NCBI GenBank assembly: GCA_963804085.1
Contig: CAWDOQ010000002.1
Location: 224,001-288,000, forward strand
Source: Chlamydiia bacterium
GTDB taxonomy: Bacteria; Chlamydiota; Chlamydiia; Chlamydiales; Rhabdochlamydiaceae
Length of the DNA: 64,000 nt
Reading direction: 5' to 3'
The notes under the pieces are model-generated. The model saw only the letters and a list, made by a program, of their open reading frames with translations, searched no databases and was not told the origin of the DNA. This document shows, piece by piece, positions 1-10,281 of this stretch. Both the position numbers and the translations under genes were made by a program. Position 1 is the stretch's first letter; every line of letters begins with the position of its first letter.

Positions 1-322
1 GGCTCGCCATCTGGCAGAGCTGATTCCAAAGACTTTCGCGGAAGCGGACATGGAGTGGCTCAGGCTTATCGCGAAAGATAGCAAGATATGCTGCGGCAAG
101 ATGAGGACAGTACTTTTTTTTCTCTTTTGTTTTACAGGTGCAGAAGCAATCGAGCAGTTTGCCAGAGTCATCCAGCTGCAGAAAGGGCCAGTAGGCAGCC
201 TTCTCTTTGGGGTCGATTACTTCGACTTGATAGGTGCCCTCCGAGAAAAAAAGGTTCCCTATCCTCTTTTCAGCGATCCAAGAGGCGCCAAGTTTAAGAT
301 CTGCTTTAGAAAAAGAGCTCAC
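1..322 (-). CDS. N-terminal part of a SWIM zinc-finger protein, probably a chlamydial SWIM-SNF2 helicase (runs off the window edge)
   Basis: Manual minus-strand translation from GTG at 322: MSSFSKADLK...FSEGTYQVEV...WPFLQLDDSGKLLDCFCTC...YCPHLAAAYL. The CxC...CxH SWIM motif is present and the frame stays open to position 1. Not in the ORF track. Confidence 0.7.
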   Translation of the reverse strand, partial: MSSFSKADLKLGASWIAEKRIGNLFFSEGTYQVEVIDPKEKAAYWPFLQLDDSGKLLDCFCTCKTKEKKKYCPHLAAAYLAIFRDKPEPLHVRFRESLWNQLCQMAS

Positions 323-357
323 CTTACCCTAAGCATGCCTAGAAAAAGAAAATGGGG

Positions 358-606
358 AAAGGACGAAAACGACCAAAGAGACCAAAAGGACCTAAACGAC
401 AAAGAGTTAACCCTCGTCCTTTGAAAAGGACAAAACGACCAAAGAGACCAAAAGGACCTAAACGACAAAGAGTTAACCCTCGTCCTTTGAAAAAGACAAA
501 ACGACCAAAGAGACCAAAAGGACCTAAACGACAAAGAGTTAACCCTCGTCCTTTAGGTCCTTGTCGTTTTGGTCACTTAGGTCCTTTATGTCCTTTTGGT
601 CGTTTC
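358..606. repeat. Three tandem 66-bp units built from 9-mers, followed by an inverted 9-mer arm
   Basis: Units start at 366, 432 and 498 (aaaacgaccaaagagaccaaaaggacctaaacgacaaagagttaaccctcgtccttt). The complementary arm gtcctttaggtccttgtcgttttggtc... spans about 548-606. Confidence 0.9.
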
Positions 607-1356
607 TTCTACTATCTTTCCCTGGAAGACCGCCTTCACCGGGCCAATAAGCTCGACCCTCCCCTCCGCAACATTAACCTCCAAAAGCTCCTGGGAAGAC
701 GAGAAGATCCGCAAAGGATTTTTAAGATTAAACTTTTTTTGGGCGGAGAGAGCGACAGCAGCAGCGCCTGTTCCACAGGCGAGCGTCTCCCCTTCTACGC
801 CTCTTTCGTAGGTGCGCATACGAATAAGGCCGTTTTCATGGCTTGCGAAGTTGACATTGACGCCGTGGGGTTGGAATTGTGCTTCAAAACGAATTTTTCT
901 TCCCAGCTCCTCTACCGGAACTTTATCGAGCTCATCGACAAAGAGAACAGCGTGAGGAACACCCGTATTCCAAACATCCATCCGATCATCTACAATCGCA
1001 ATCAATTGAGGAGGAGCAAGTAGGACGCTCACCCTATCTCCTACGGCTCTACATTGTAGAATCGCATCCATGGTCTCGACGAGATAGGACTCCTCTTTAA
1101 AGCCAAGAGTCCGCGCAAAATCAAAGAGGCAGCGGATCCCATTTCCGCACATGGCCGCCTCCTTGCCATCGGAGTTGAAAATGCGCATGCGAAAAGCAGC
1201 TTTGAGCGAGTTTTGGAGCAGGATAACTCCATCGGCTCCTATGCCTAAACGTCTATGGCAGAGCTTTTCTACTAGATGTATGGGAAAAGAAGAGGCGCGG
1301 TCGTCTATAAGAATAAAATCGTTGCCCGCGCCTTGATACTTAGAAAACGCAATCAT
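586..1356 (-). CDS. dapF: Diaminopimelate epimerase
   Basis: GAGNDF, GIGADG, MCGNGIRC, NTGVPH and ERGVEGETLACGTG motifs. Confidence 0.97.
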   Translation of the reverse strand: MIAFSKYQGAGNDFILIDDRASSFPIHLVEKLCHRRLGIGADGVILLQNSLKAAFRMRIFNSDGKEAAMCGNGIRCLFDFARTLGFKEESYLVETMDAILQCRAVGDRVSVLLAPPQLIAIVDDRMDVWNTGVPHAVLFVDELDKVPVEELGRKIRFEAQFQPHGVNVNFASHENGLIRMRTYERGVEGETLACGTGAAAVALSAQKKFNLKNPLRIFSSSQELLEVNVAEGRVELIGPVKAVFQGKIVEETTKRT

Positions 1357-1358
1357 TA

Positions 1359-1979
1359 CTAGAGGTCTTTATAGGATGTCACAATCTTATCGAGAAGGCC
1401 AAATTGCATCGCCTCTTTTGCGCTCATCCAGGTGTCTCTGTCGATTGCTCTGTCGATCGTCTTTGCATCTTTTCCAGTGGCTGTGACATAGACATCCACA
1501 ATGGCGTTTCTTGTCTTCATGAGCTCTTTTGCCTGGATATCCAGATCGGTTGCCTGTCCGCGAATGACACCGTGTATAGAGGGCTGGTGGATCATGATGC
1601 GCGCATTGGGCGTCGCAAAGCGTCTGCCTTTAGCGGCACAGAGGCTTAAAATTGATCCCATCGAAGCGGCAAGCCCGGTGACTAGCGTGGTAACGGGAGA
1701 AGAGATCATCTTCACCTGGTCCCAAACAGCAAAGCCCGAATCTATCGAGCCGCCGGGAGAGTTGATCACAAAGAGGATCGGTTTTCCGGGATCGGTCATC
1801 TCCATGTACCAGAGACGGCGGATCGCATAGTTTGCGCTCTTATCGTCTACAGGGTCGCAAAAAAAGAGACGGCGCGCTTTTAAAAGCGCTTCATCAATTT
1901 TATCCTCGACTCTGGAGGAGTGTTTGTGATTCACATTTCTCTCGAATTCTGGCTCGTCCGGTTCGTCTAGCTGGGGCAT
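1359..1979 (-). CDS. clpP: ATP-dependent Clp protease proteolytic subunit
   Basis: [28 protein letters not shown] motifs. Confidence 0.97.
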   Translation of the reverse strand: MPQLDEPDEPEFERNVNHKHSSRVEDKIDEALLKARRLFFCDPVDDKSANYAIRRLWYMEMTDPGKPILFVINSPGGSIDSGFAVWDQVKMISSPVTTLVTGLAASMGSILSLCAAKGRRFATPNARIMIHQPSIHGVIRGQATDLDIQAKELMKTRNAIVDVYVTATGKDAKTIDRAIDRDTWMSAKEAMQFGLLDKIVTSYKDL

Positions 1980-2013
1980 GTCTCACCTCTTTTTTCGCAT
2001 TATTATTAATCAC

Positions 2014-3495
2014 TCATTCAATTGCAAGCTCTGGATAAAGAGGAAACCGGCTTAGAAGGCTGGCCACACGCCCCTGGACAGATTTGACCACTGCCGGATC
2101 GACGAGCGCCTTGCTCCGGTTTGTGCCCGGTCCCTTTTCTGCGGGGGCCGGACGTGCTGCCTGAAGCAGGGTGAAAATCATGTCGGCGATCTCCTCCATC
2201 TCCCTTTCCTTCATCCCGAGTGTAGTGAGCGCCGGCGGTCCAATGCGTATGCCCGACGTGTACCAAGGGCCATTGACATCAAAGGGGATAGCATTACGAT
2301 TCACTGTAAAGTGCGCTTCTCTTAGAGCCAGCTCTGCTTGCCGTCCCGTTAGATTAAAGCTAGATGCAACATCAAAGACGAGTAGATGGTTATCTGTCCC
2401 GCCTGTTGTCACTTTTATTCCTTTGGACATGAGAGCGGCTGCTAAACTCTGCGCGTTTTTGACAATCTGCTGGGCATAGCTCTGGAAGGAGGGGGCATTC
2501 GCCTCCTCTAGCGCGATCGCTTTAGCCGCAAGCACCTGAGGTAGTGGTCCGCCGAGCACAATAGGACACCCCTTGTCTATCACCTCTTTATACTCGCTCT
2601 TGCATAGAACCATCCCTCCGCGAGGGCCGCGTAGAGTCTTATGTGTAGTAGTCGTGACCACATGGGCAAAAGGGATCGGGTCGTAGTTACCCTTCATTAC
2701 TTTTCCAGCGACTAAACCCGCAAAGTGGGCCATATCAACCATCAGAGTCGCTCCTACGCTATCTGCAATCTCGCGCATCTTCGCAAAGTCGATCAGACGT
2801 GGATAGGCGGAGTAGCCCGCCACTAAGATTGCGGGTTTTTCTCTTTGGACCTGCTCTTGCAGCGCTTTGTAGTCGATGAGACCTGTCTTGCGATCGACAT
2901 CGTAGGCGACTGCCTGCATCATCTTAGCCGATATGTTGTGCCGGTAGCCGTGGGTAAGATGCCCGCCGGAGCTAAGCGATAGTCCCATCATCTTCTGGGA
3001 GACTAGAAGCTTGCGCACTCTTTCATACTCATCCGGTGTTAGCTCATCGACACTTTTTTTACCGAGCGCCTCCACCTCTTTGTTTTGTACGCGCTGCACT
3101 AAAATGGCCCAGTATGCCACCATGTTCGCATCTGCTCCCGAATGGGGCTGAACATAGGCGTGGTCGCAGTTAAATAGCCGCTTGGCTTGGACAATGCCCG
3201 CATCCTCTATAGCGTCCACATTGTCGCATCCTGCATAGAATCGATGATGGGGATAGCCTTCTGCATACTTGTCCGTGAGCAGATTGCCCATGGCCAGTTG
3301 CACGGCAAGAGAGGAGTAGTTTTCTGACGCGATCAGTTTAAGATAGGTGCGCTGATCTTTAAGCTCTTGGACGATCTTCTGAGCGATGTGAGGAAAACCG
3401 GCACTAATGTGGTCTAACGCCGCACAGTAGGCTATCGCAGCAGTAGATCGCCTTCCTTCGGGTACTTTGCGAAAGTATTTTTCTAACAATGACAT
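2014..3495 (-). CDS. glyA: Serine hydroxymethyltransferase (long chlamydial type)
   Basis: LIASENY, KYAEGYP, GGHLTHG, TTTHKTLRGPRGG. Confidence 0.98.
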   Translation of the reverse strand: MSLLEKYFRKVPEGRRSTAAIAYCAALDHISAGFPHIAQKIVQELKDQRTYLKLIASENYSSLAVQLAMGNLLTDKYAEGYPHHRFYAGCDNVDAIEDAGIVQAKRLFNCDHAYVQPHSGADANMVAYWAILVQRVQNKEVEALGKKSVDELTPDEYERVRKLLVSQKMMGLSLSSGGHLTHGYRHNISAKMMQAVAYDVDRKTGLIDYKALQEQVQREKPAILVAGYSAYPRLIDFAKMREIADSVGATLMVDMAHFAGLVAGKVMKGNYDPIPFAHVVTTTTHKTLRGPRGGMVLCKSEYKEVIDKGCPIVLGGPLPQVLAAKAIALEEANAPSFQSYAQQIVKNAQSLAAALMSKGIKVTTGGTDNHLLVFDVASSFNLTGRQAELALREAHFTVNRNAIPFDVNGPWYTSGIRIGPPALTTLGMKEREMEEIADMIFTLLQAARPAPAEKGPGTNRSKALVDPAVVKSVQGRVASLLSRFPLYPELAIE

Positions 3496-3560
3496 CTTGC
3501 CCTCTCTTCTTTTTTGAGGGATTCTGTCAGAAAAGAAAAATCTCCGCTACGTACTTTTTT

Positions 3561-3857
3561 TTACTGCGGAAAGCGTGGAGAGTATTGCAGCGTTTTGCCT
3601 GTGGCAAGACGGTGGTTTGCTCCATCTTCGTAAACCTGATCGTTGATCAGCACTTTAAATTCGCAGTTGTTGCAGTTGCTATCCGTCTCCCAGATCCAAA
3701 CGTCCGGTCCTGCGTTTTTCATGACGATTCCGCGCTCCCAGTTAAGTCCTGGACCCTGTCCACGGATGTAGAGAGCATTGTTCATCCCCACATCGTAACG
3801 CACCATGATGCGTGCTCCATGATCCTTCATAGTCTTTTGTTTCTTTGACATATCCAT
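3561..3857 (-). CDS. Small protein resembling a stand-alone starch-binding (CBM20-like) module
   Basis: LYIRG..GLNW..G..M...W.W...EFKVLIND pattern. Confidence 0.5.
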   Translation of the reverse strand: MDMSKKQKTMKDHGARIMVRYDVGMNNALYIRGQGPGLNWERGIVMKNAGPDVWIWETDSNCNNCEFKVLINDQVYEDGANHRLATGKTLQYSPRFPQ

Positions 3858-3998
3858 ATCCTTACCATCCTTTTACTGTGTTTTCTAAGAATTATTATAA
3901 AAAACACGAACTGTCAACATTTTTTTTTAATCTTGAGCAATATTGTTGCAAATAGATAATGTACTTTCACTTAAATTACCCTTTGCTCTGAGAGGCCC

Positions 3999-4766
3999 AT
4001 GCAAGAAAACCTTCGTCCCATTTTGGATATCCAAGAATTAGACATGAAAATGATACGCCTCATGCGCGTAAAAAAAGAGAGACAGAAGGAGCTTGAACAG
4101 ATTCAAGCTATTCGTAAAGAGCTACATGCGCAAGTCTCTGAAAAAGAACAAGAGATCGTCGACCTCGGCAAAACCATCCAAAATATGGAGCAGAAGGTCC
4201 AAGAGGTAGTCGCCAAGATCAAACGATTAGAGTCACAGCAGAACAGCATTAAGAAGGTCGACGAGTTTAACGCCATCACTCAAGAGATGACCGCGGCAGA
4301 ACGCGAGAAGATCGCCATCGAGCAGAAGCTCTCCGACCTGGTCGACAAGAAAGTTGCCGAAGAAGAACTCCTCGAGAAGGTCAAAGAGAGCTTAAAGACC
4401 TCGGAAGATAGCAGCGATATCCTCGCCAAAGAGATCGAATCGAGCATCAAGCTGATCAACCAAGAGGGACAAGACCTCAAAGAGCAGCGCGACACACTTG
4501 CCAAAAAGGCGGATACCGACACTCTGCAAATCTACGAGCGTCTTTTGCGCAACAAGAGAGACCGCGTGGTGGTTCCTATCGAAAATCGCACTTGCAGTGG
4601 CTGCCATATCGTCCTTACCGCACAGCATGAAAACCTCGTGCGCAAAGGTGAAAACCTGGTCTTCTGCGAACACTGCTCGCGCATCCACTACTGGCAAGAG
4701 AGCCAAGCTGTAGAAGGCACAGCCGTAGCAACCAAGCGCCGTAGACGCCGCGTGGCCGCTACGTGA
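3999..4766 (+). CDS. Coiled-coil protein with C4 zinc ribbon (DUF164; CdsZ/CT398-like)
   Basis: IQELD N-terminus, long coiled coil, CSGC...CEHCSRI ribbon, basic tail. Confidence 0.9.
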   Translation: MQENLRPILDIQELDMKMIRLMRVKKERQKELEQIQAIRKELHAQVSEKEQEIVDLGKTIQNMEQKVQEVVAKIKRLESQQNSIKKVDEFNAITQEMTAAEREKIAIEQKLSDLVDKKVAEEELLEKVKESLKTSEDSSDILAKEIESSIKLINQEGQDLKEQRDTLAKKADTDTLQIYERLLRNKRDRVVVPIENRTCSGCHIVLTAQHENLVRKGENLVFCEHCSRIHYWQESQAVEGTAVATKRRRRRVAAT

Positions 4767-4781
4767 ACAATCTTTAGTTTT

Positions 4782-5164
4782 TTCGGGAAGGCAAGCAATC
4801 GCCGCCATTTAGTTGGGGGAGGAAAGTCTGGACTTCGCAGGAGAAGATACCAGTGAAAGACTGGGGGCTGTAAAGCTACGGAAAGTGCAACAGAAAACAT
4901 TCCGCTACTCCTTTAGGCAACTAAACGAGTAGAGAGGCTGAAAACGCTGACTTCAGGAGTCAGCCACACTTGCAGAGATGCAGGGTGTTGTAAACCCTAT
5001 CTGAAGCAAGACCAAAATGGACCAACAAGCTGCTCTCCGCAGCGGTCCATGACCATGAGTCGCTTGAGGACTCTGGCGACAGAGTCCCTAGAGGAATGAT
5101 TGCTCACTTTATGAGACCCTTTGGGTCTCGGATGAGACAAAATCCGGCTTACCGCCTTCCCGAA
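4782..5164 (+). ncRNA. rnpB: RNase P RNA (type A)
   Basis: Conserved GAGGAAAGTC, GGAAAGTGCAACAGAAA and AAATCCGGCTTA segments; P1 pairing ttcgggaagg / ccttcccgaa. Confidence 0.96.
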
Positions 5165-5222
5165 CTTTTTTCTAAGAATAAGAATTCAATGCAAAGGCGC
5201 GATGGCGCAAAAAAGAGGTTTT

Positions 5223-6353
5223 ATGAAGACTATTTTTTCTCTTTTACTATTAGTTTTTTCATGCGTGTTTGCTCATGCAGAAGTTATTGGACAGTGGGAT
5301 AAGGGTACGTTAGAAAAGAGCCAAGGACAGCTTGTGCTGCATGTCAAAGGCTCGCCTTACGAGCGCGGGTATCAGCATGGCAAACTCTTAAAAGAAAAAG
5401 TGCAAGAGAGTCTCACTCTCTTGATTGGTAACCAAAAGAAAGAAGCCCCAGAAAACAAAGAGCGGCTTACCGCGTTTATGCAAAATCTTCCTAAATTAAA
5501 AGGTTTTGTTCCCGAGCGTTTCATGGAAGAGATGCGCGGTGTGGCAGATGGTGCTGAGGTCCCCTTTGAAAAAATCGTGCTTTTGAACCTTTTTCCTGAA
5601 CTCTTTCATTGCAGTGGCATCACCGCCTGTGGAGATGCGACAGTAGAAGGCGCACTCTATCATGTGCGCGTTCTCGACTACGCTGTCGGCAAAGGCATCC
5701 AGAAAAACGCTGTGCTAATGGTGGCAGAGCCAGAGCAAGGCTTTCCCTTCTTGAATGTGACATACGCAGGATTTATAGGATCTGTGACAGGAATGAATAG
5801 CCAAAAAGTCGCTGTTGGCGAGATCGGCGGCAAAGGCTATGGATCTTGGGATGGCATGCCCATGACATTTCTTATCCGTAATATTTTGGAAGAGGCTGCC
5901 ACACTCGATGATGCTAAAGCGCTTTTAGAGAACTCTCCTCGCACATGCGAGTATTTTTACGTCTTATCCGACGGGAAAGATGACCGATCGGTCGGCGTCT
6001 ATGCTACACACGACACAATCGCTTTCTACGAGAAGGGAACCAGCTACCAATTGAACGATCTCACCTTTGAGCAGCCCCAAGAGTGCATCGTTATGACCGG
6101 CTTATGCTACCCAGAGCGTCATGCGCTCATTTTGGAGCGTATCAAAGAGGCGTATGGCGCGCTCAACGCATCCGTTCTGCAAGAGATCATCAAGCGCCCC
6201 GTTGCACGCGAATCCAATCTGCATAACGCTCTCTTTTTACCTGCTGCCCTGAAAGTCTGGATATCCCACGCCGGCCCAGATGGCGAGCCCGCCTGCGATG
6301 AGCCCTACGCCCTCTTCTGCCTCTCCGACTTTCTTACTGAAGTTGAAAAGTAA
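5223..6353 (+). CDS. Secreted C45-family (Ntn hydrolase) peptidase/acyltransferase
   Basis: Signal peptide MKTIFSLLLL..AHA, GSPYERGYQHG, EEMRGVADG, FHCS nucleophile, GSVTGMN. Confidence 0.85.
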   Translation: MKTIFSLLLLVFSCVFAHAEVIGQWDKGTLEKSQGQLVLHVKGSPYERGYQHGKLLKEKVQESLTLLIGNQKKEAPENKERLTAFMQNLPKLKGFVPERFMEEMRGVADGAEVPFEKIVLLNLFPELFHCSGITACGDATVEGALYHVRVLDYAVGKGIQKNAVLMVAEPEQGFPFLNVTYAGFIGSVTGMNSQKVAVGEIGGKGYGSWDGMPMTFLIRNILEEAATLDDAKALLENSPRTCEYFYVLSDGKDDRSVGVYATHDTIAFYEKGTSYQLNDLTFEQPQECIVMTGLCYPERHALILERIKEAYGALNASVLQEIIKRPVARESNLHNALFLPAALKVWISHAGPDGEPACDEPYALFCLSDFLTEVEK

Positions 6354-6404
6354 TCGTCCCCTTGTTTATTATATTGAACAAATGTGCATTTTGGTATACA
6401 CCCA

Positions 6405-6734
6405 ATGAACGATGGGTATGACGTTATTGTATACGCTACTCCCGATGGGAAGGAGCCATTTAACAAATGGGTATCGTCTATTAAAGATGGACAAACACAA
6501 CGAGTCATCCTTCGAAGGATTCAGCGGTTGCGTCAAGGGCTATTTGGTGATGCCAAGGCACTCGGCACTGGCATTCATGAACTACGGATCGATTTTGGCC
6601 CTGGGTATCGGGTGTATTTTGCAAAAGTAGGCAAGCGACTAATTTTGTTATTAGGAGGCGGAAACAAAGCCACGCAAAACAACGACATAAAAAATGCAAA
6701 ATGGTATCTAAAAGACTACGAGAACAATTTATGA
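6405..6734 (+). CDS. RelE/ParE-family addiction-module toxin
   Basis: GIHELRIDFGPGYRVYF, LLLGGGNKATQ; ATGA overlap with the downstream antitoxin. Confidence 0.9.
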   Translation: MNDGYDVIVYATPDGKEPFNKWVSSIKDGQTQRVILRRIQRLRQGLFGDAKALGTGIHELRIDFGPGYRVYFAKVGKRLILLLGGGNKATQNNDIKNAKWYLKDYENNL

Positions 6735-7141
6735 CAAGATCCTACCGAACATTTACATCTCTGCTAGATGACTTTTTAAAAAACCCTCAGTTTGCTGCTG
6801 ATTTTTTATCAGAATCTTTAGCAGAAAGAGATTTTGCCACATTTCTGATGTCTCTGAAAGATGTGATCCGTGTTCACGGAAGCATCTCTTCTTTAGCTCA
6901 GAAAACACACCTCAGTAGAGGTACTCTATATAATTTGTTTGCAGAGAGAGCAAATCCCGAAATCAAAACCATTTTGGCTGTGTTAGATTCCTTAGGCTAC
7001 AGCCTAAAAGTCACACAAAAAGAACGTATTCCTGCTAGAAAAAAATCTAGAAGAAAGACGAGAGCTTCCACATCCCGGTCTTCTATCAAGAGTCAGACAA
7101 CACGCAAACATTCTTTTACCCCCCCCCTTTCTCATCGCTAA
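6731..7141 (+). CDS. HTH addiction-module antitoxin
   Basis: SISSLAQKTHLSRGTLYNLF..RANP helix-turn-helix; coupled to the toxin. Confidence 0.85.
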   Translation: MTRSYRTFTSLLDDFLKNPQFAADFLSESLAERDFATFLMSLKDVIRVHGSISSLAQKTHLSRGTLYNLFAERANPEIKTILAVLDSLGYSLKVTQKERIPARKKSRRKTRASTSRSSIKSQTTRKHSFTPPLSHR

Positions 7142-8093
7142 TTTTCGCGCGGGGGTGCGCTTTGTCGTAGACTGCGCGCTTCAGGCGCGTGGAGACTTGG
7201 GTGTAGATGGTCGTGGTTGCAAGAGAGCTGTGGCCGAGGAGTGTCTGAATCGTTTTCAGATCCATCCCTTTTTCGAGCCAGTGGGTGGCGATCGTGTGGC
7301 GGATGGTGTGGGGCGTGATCTTGCCGGCAAGGCCGCTGGCTGTTAAATACTCTTCAAATTTACGATCTATCGAGCGAACCGTAAGTCGCCCTCCCCATTT
7401 GTTCAAAAAGATCGCTTTCGGATCCTTTTCGCTCTGGTGCTTGTCTCCATCTATGTGGCGATCGGGATGGTTCAAGTAGGTCTGGATCCAAGTCGCTGCA
7501 TTTTTTGTGATGGGAACCACACGCTGCTTCTTCCCCTTTCCCATGACGCGCAGCTGAAAATGCTGAGAATCAAAATCGTCGCGGCTCATCGAGACAAGTT
7601 CGCTGATGCGCAAGCCGGAACTATAAAAAAGCTCTAAAATAGCGCGATCGCGCAGCCCCAGATAGGTCGTGGTATCGGGCATAGAAAAGAGCTGCTCAAC
7701 CTGCTGATACGTCAGGGGCGTCGGGATCGTCTTTTCAAGCTTTGGGCTATCGATCTCATCCATGGGGTTATGGGAAATCTTTTTTTCTTTAGACAGGTAC
7801 CTGAAAAAAGAGCGCAAGGTAGAAAGACGCCTGAGAAGTGTCCGCTTTTTTGCCCCAAGGCTTGAGAGCTCGCCTAAAAAACCTCTTATAGCCCTTTTAT
7901 CCAGTGAGCTAAAGGCAAGTGTCACCTTTTCTTTTTCGAGATATTTTTTAAACATCTCCAAATCCAGTCCATAGCCGCGCAATGTGTGTACCGAGACATT
8001 TTTTACTGCATTGAGGTAGTCTAAAAAATGGCCAAAACTCTCTTCTATCTCATTCATCCACTTGTCCTCGAGCGCGCTTTCTGCTATATTCAC
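7116..8093 (-). CDS. xerC: Tyrosine recombinase XerC (start may be at 8057)
   Basis: RDRAILELFYSSGLRISEL, GKGKKQR, TPHTIRHTIATH, LLGHSSLATTTIYT. Confidence 0.9.
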   Translation of the reverse strand: MNIAESALEDKWMNEIEESFGHFLDYLNAVKNVSVHTLRGYGLDLEMFKKYLEKEKVTLAFSSLDKRAIRGFLGELSSLGAKKRTLLRRLSTLRSFFRYLSKEKKISHNPMDEIDSPKLEKTIPTPLTYQQVEQLFSMPDTTTYLGLRDRAILELFYSSGLRISELVSMSRDDFDSQHFQLRVMGKGKKQRVVPITKNAATWIQTYLNHPDRHIDGDKHQSEKDPKAIFLNKWGGRLTVRSIDRKFEEYLTASGLAGKITPHTIRHTIATHWLEKGMDLKTIQTLLGHSSLATTTIYTQVSTRLKRAVYDKAHPRAKISDEKGGG

Positions 8094-8100
8094 CTACCTT

Positions 8101-9684
8101 ATGATTACACTCAATGCCATCTCAAAAAAAATTGGCGGGCGGGTCCTATTTGAAGGAATCTCCGTTACCTTTAGCGAAGGAAACCGCTACGGTCTCACCG
8201 GCCCAAATGGCGCAGGCAAGTCGACCTTGCTCAAGATTGTTATGGGCCTCGAAGAAGCCACGAGCGGGACTGTCTCGTTACCTCACAAGGTGGGCTTTTT
8301 AAAACAGAATATCGAAGACTTTCGATCTATACGCGTGCTCGATGTGGTGCTCATGGGCAACAAGCGCCTTTGGGATGCTCTCGCAGAGCGCGATCAGCTC
8401 TACACACAAGAGATGACCGATGCGATCGGCATACGCCTCGGAGAGATCGAAGAGATCATCGCCGAAGAGGATGGCTATGGTGCGGAATCCGATGCCGAAG
8501 TTCTCTTAACAGGCATGGGTATTCTCCCGGAAGTGCATACTTCTTTGATGTCCACCATTCCGACAGGCATGCAGTTTAGAGTGCTCCTCTGCCAAGCGCT
8601 CTTCGGCAATCCTCAAGCACTTCTCTTGGACGAACCGACCAACCATCTTGACTTGGAATCGATCGGCTGGCTTGAGCGCTTTTTACACAACTACACCGGA
8701 ACGTTAGTCGTCATTAGCCACGATAGACACTTTTTAAATGCGATCACCACCCACATCGCCGATATCGACTATGAGACGCTGATCATCTATCCAGGCAACT
8801 ATGACAACATGCTAGCTGCAAAGACCGCTGTACGCGAACGGACCGAATCCGATAACAAAACAAAAGAGAAGAAGATCGCCCAGCTGCAAGAGTTTGTCGC
8901 GCGCTTTGGTGCAGGTACTCGTGCAAGCCAAGTACAATCGCGCATAAGAGAGATCGACAGACTCTCCCCTCTCGAGCTTAAAAAATCTAATATCCAGCGT
9001 CCCTACATCCGCTTCTATCCACCCGAAAAACCCTCCGGACAGATCGTATTCAAAGTAGAAAACATCAGCAAAAGCTACGACGCGCAACCTGTCATCAAAA
9101 ACTTCTCCTGCGAGATTATGCGCGGCGATAAGATCGGCATCATCGGAAACAACGGACGCGGTAAAACGACATTCCTTAAAATGCTCGCGCAGGTGCTGGC
9201 GCAAGATAGCGGCCGTATCGAACTGGGCCACCAGGTGCAGATCGGCTACTTCCCTCAAAATCATGCCGATATCATCGACAAAAAATCATCCGTCACAGCC
9301 TTCGAGTGGCTCAAGTCAAAAAAACCCGGCGTCTACGATCAAGACATCCGCAGCGTTCTCGGCAAGATGCTCTTCGGAGGAGATGACGCCTTCAAGCCGG
9401 TCTCTCACCTCTCCGGCGGAGAAACAGCGCGCCTTATTTTAGCTGCGATGATGCTTTGCAACTACAACGTGCTCGTCTTAGACGAACCCAACAACCACCT
9501 CGACCTAGAGGCAGTCTCAGCACTCGCCTGGGGCCTCGAAGACTACAAGGGCACCATCGTCCTCGCGAGCCACGACCGCGACCTTCTGAGCAACGGAACA
9601 AATAAAATCTATGCATTTGAAGAGAGCGGCATCCGTCCTTTCGATGGCACGCTCGAAGATTACTTAACCGTCCACAAAAAATGA
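8101..9684 (+). CDS. ABC-F family ATPase
   Basis: Two ABC domains (GPNGAGKST, LDEPTNHLD; GNNGRGKT, LSGGE, LDEPNNHLD) and no transmembrane segments. Confidence 0.95.
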   Translation: MITLNAISKKIGGRVLFEGISVTFSEGNRYGLTGPNGAGKSTLLKIVMGLEEATSGTVSLPHKVGFLKQNIEDFRSIRVLDVVLMGNKRLWDALAERDQLYTQEMTDAIGIRLGEIEEIIAEEDGYGAESDAEVLLTGMGILPEVHTSLMSTIPTGMQFRVLLCQALFGNPQALLLDEPTNHLDLESIGWLERFLHNYTGTLVVISHDRHFLNAITTHIADIDYETLIIYPGNYDNMLAAKTAVRERTESDNKTKEKKIAQLQEFVARFGAGTRASQVQSRIREIDRLSPLELKKSNIQRPYIRFYPPEKPSGQIVFKVENISKSYDAQPVIKNFSCEIMRGDKIGIIGNNGRGKTTFLKMLAQVLAQDSGRIELGHQVQIGYFPQNHADIIDKKSSVTAFEWLKSKKPGVYDQDIRSVLGKMLFGGDDAFKPVSHLSGGETARLILAAMMLCNYNVLVLDEPNNHLDLEAVSALAWGLEDYKGTIVLASHDRDLLSNGTNKIYAFEESGIRPFDGTLEDYLTVHKK

Positions 9685-10256
9685 AAACCGCCACAGACGA
9701 AAAGATCGAGACGATCACCCACCATTTTGGCAAGATCATGGAGGCGCTCGGCCTAGACATCAACACCTCTCCCCTCATAGACACGCCTAGACGTGTAGCC
9801 AAGATGTATGTCGAAGAGCTCTTTCGAGGACTCGACCCCGACCTCTTTCCTGAGATGGCCTACTTCTCAGCTCCTGCACCGGAAGAAGAGGGAAAGCTTG
9901 TGGCTGTGCGCCATATCACCTTTCATAGCATGTGCGAGCACCACTTCGTCCCGATGATCGGCAGCGTCTCTATCGCCTATCTTCCCAAAAAAAAGTTGCT
10001 CGGCCTCTCCAAAATAAACCGCTTGGTGGACTACTTCTCCAGACGTCCCCAGATCCAAGAGAGACTGACTGTGCAAATTGCAAATAGCCTCTCCCTCCTT
10101 CTCGAAACAGAAGATGTCGCAGTTCGAATCTCAGCCAAACACCACTGTGTCACAATGCGCGGCATCCAAGATCCCAATAGCGAAACCCTCACTCAAGACT
10201 TTCGAGGCAAATTCTTAAGCGACACCTCTTTAGTGCAACAATTTCTTGCAAATTAA
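9681..10256 (+). CDS. folE: GTP cyclohydrolase I
   Basis: DTPRRVAKMY, SMCEHHFVP, GLSK, RPQIQERLT, HHCVTMRG. Confidence 0.97.
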   Translation: MKTATDEKIETITHHFGKIMEALGLDINTSPLIDTPRRVAKMYVEELFRGLDPDLFPEMAYFSAPAPEEEGKLVAVRHITFHSMCEHHFVPMIGSVSIAYLPKKKLLGLSKINRLVDYFSRRPQIQERLTVQIANSLSLLLETEDVAVRISAKHHCVTMRGIQDPNSETLTQDFRGKFLSDTSLVQQFLAN

Positions 10257-10281
10257 GCCTACATAGAGCTATTTCAGAGGT

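Noticed and set aside
50-424. Plus-strand 124-aa ORF
   Set aside because: It is antisense to the SWIM-domain reading frame, which has recognisable motifs.
358-606. Possible CRISPR array
   Set aside because: The units are near-identical along their whole 66 bp with no unique spacers, and there are no cas genes in the window.
352-1023. Lys/Arg/Pro-rich ORF on the plus strand
   Set aside because: It is a product of the 66-bp repeat read into the antisense strand of dapF.
7116-8093. Prophage or island integrase
   Set aside because: The sequence and its position beside the ABC-F gene fit housekeeping XerC; no phage genes were seen.
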